Of a DNA stretch of 64,000 nucleotides, positions 62,726 to 64,000 are shown in pieces. Each line of letters begins with the position of its first letter. The first letter of the stretch is position 1. A model generated the notes under the pieces. That model saw only the letters and a program-made list of their open reading frames with translations, did no database searches and was not told the DNA's origin. Location: the NCBI GenBank assembly GCA_047967505.1, contig CM106538.1; one strand, written 5' to 3'. The DNA is from Dipteris shenzhenensis. Lineage: Eukaryota. The position numbers and the translations under genes are program-made.

Positions 62726-63460
62726 ATGGCCAGGCCCAAGATCAAGGCACCACGGAGACTAGCACAGCCAGAACCACCTCCAGACTTAGAGACAGAGAGT
62801 GAGAGCCTCCCCCCCTCTCCCCCCGATGATCCCCATCGAAGGGAGAAACTGCCAATCCAAAAGCCAGACAGGGAGCAAGAGGGACAGAGGAAGGCACAAG
62901 AGGAGGGACAGAGGAAGGCACAAGAAGATACTTTGATAGAGATGGATGACTTAGAGAGCATAGAGGACGAGTGTGAGGAAGAGGAACAAAGGATAGAGTA
63001 GAGGAACAAGGCAAGAATAGACAATTAGGGTCCACGCCAACGGGGGAAGGGTGCCCGAGCTCCAAGTGCAGGTCAAAGAGGCCCTCAACATCCAGGAAGA
63101 GGCCCTCCACATCAAGGGCAAAGAGGCCTTCATCTAATGAGGCGGTACAGATTCAAGCCAAGGGTAGTGGCACTTTAGGAGATCATAAAGTTTCAGAAGT
63201 CCATTGTTTTTGCTCATCCCGATGGCCAGCTTCGCAAGGGTGGATGCGAGGTCATGTAGGACCTCAACCTTAGCCCAACGTCTTGATTTTATAGGCGCAG
63301 AGTTGTGGAGGCATCCTGGTGTATTTCTAGAGATGCCTTGCTTGCCCTGCAGCATGTAGGTGAGGCCTACCTAGTAGACCTCATGGATGACACCCAGCTG
63401 GTTGCCATCCATAGGAAAAGTGTTGCGGTGATCGCCATAGACATGCAATTTTGTATGTCC
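62726..63460 (+). pseudogene. Intronless divergent histone H3 variant (partly CENH3-like) with a ~137-aa N-terminal tail
   Basis: MARPKIKAPRR start, in frame with MRRYRFKPRVVAL*EIIKFQKS at 63137. Then LLIPMASFARV and ISRDALLALQHVGEAYLVDLMDDTQLVAIHRKSVAVIAIDMQF. Several stops and two frameshifts. Confidence 0.88.
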
Positions 63461-63497
63461 TAGGAAGCCCAAGGGCACTTAGGGATTTTATATGCTC

Positions 63498-63566
63498 CAC
63501 CTTGTACTCTACCTACAGGCATCTACCTTGTACTCTGCTACGGGCATCTACCTTGTACTCTGCCTA
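63498..63566. repeat. Three ~23-bp tandem units (CATCTACCTTGTACTCTGC) after the histone ORF
   Basis: Directly visible. Confidence 0.8.
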
Positions 63567-64000
63567 TAAGCATCAATATAATAAAATGTCTTTTTTAGAA
63601 TTATCTTTGTATGTGCAATCTCAAATTTATTTTCAGTGTATTTCCAATCTATTAATTTACTTACATGCACTCTCAATTTACTTACGAAAGACTTTTTGAT
63701 GACGTATACAACATCAAAATGAAATAATAATTATCAAATCACAATAGAACATGCAAAAGGAAATAATACTCAATTTTACTTAACATAGAAAAGGAAAGAT
63801 CTGTAATGCCAGCTAGCCTGCAATAGCTATAATACTATGTAGCGGACCATATCATGTGTCCGAGAACAAAAACAAAGCTACACTATGCCTAATCAGAACA
63901 ACACAATCGGTAGTAGGACGGATGGGCCTCATCTTCACCATCTGACTGAGGACCCTGAACTTCATGATGTTCATCTTTCCATCTGGCGATAATTGTCTAT

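Larger units (their letters stand above)
61023..62970 (+). repeat. Direct duplication of ~880 bp (61023-61903 and 62092-62970), covering the transposase piece, promoter and histone N-terminal tail
   Basis: Near-identical sequence at an offset of about 1,070 bp. Confidence 0.93.

Noticed and set aside
62726-63460. Calling the histone-like sequence the host's functional CENH3
   Set aside because: It has multiple stops and frameshifts, no introns, and lacks the CENH3 W at H3 position 84.

Overview
Eukaryotic, repeat-dense land-plant DNA. A fern or other non-seed plant is my inference from the element types and intron size, not something the sequence proves. Positions 238-49659 form one 49.4-kb intron of an RNF170-like E3 ubiquitin ligase gene, between exon 186-237 and last exon 49660-49775. 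The intron is filled with nested retroelements: RTEX-like LINEs in (GA)n tracts, an L1, a gag-only Copia element, and two near-identical chromoviruses in inverted orientation with a tRNA-Glu-type PBS. It also holds a Gypsy/Copia deletion chimera and older LTR debris. Downstream lie a CYP74 pseudogene, another LINE, a WAK-like kinase remnant and a hAT MITE. The most unusual region is 60.6-63.5 kb: a decayed, scrambled DDE transposase with RAG1/Transib-type motifs sits next to an intronless, highly divergent histone H3 (partly CENH3-like) gene that has its own telo-box/site II/TATA promoter. All identities and alignments were made by eye.
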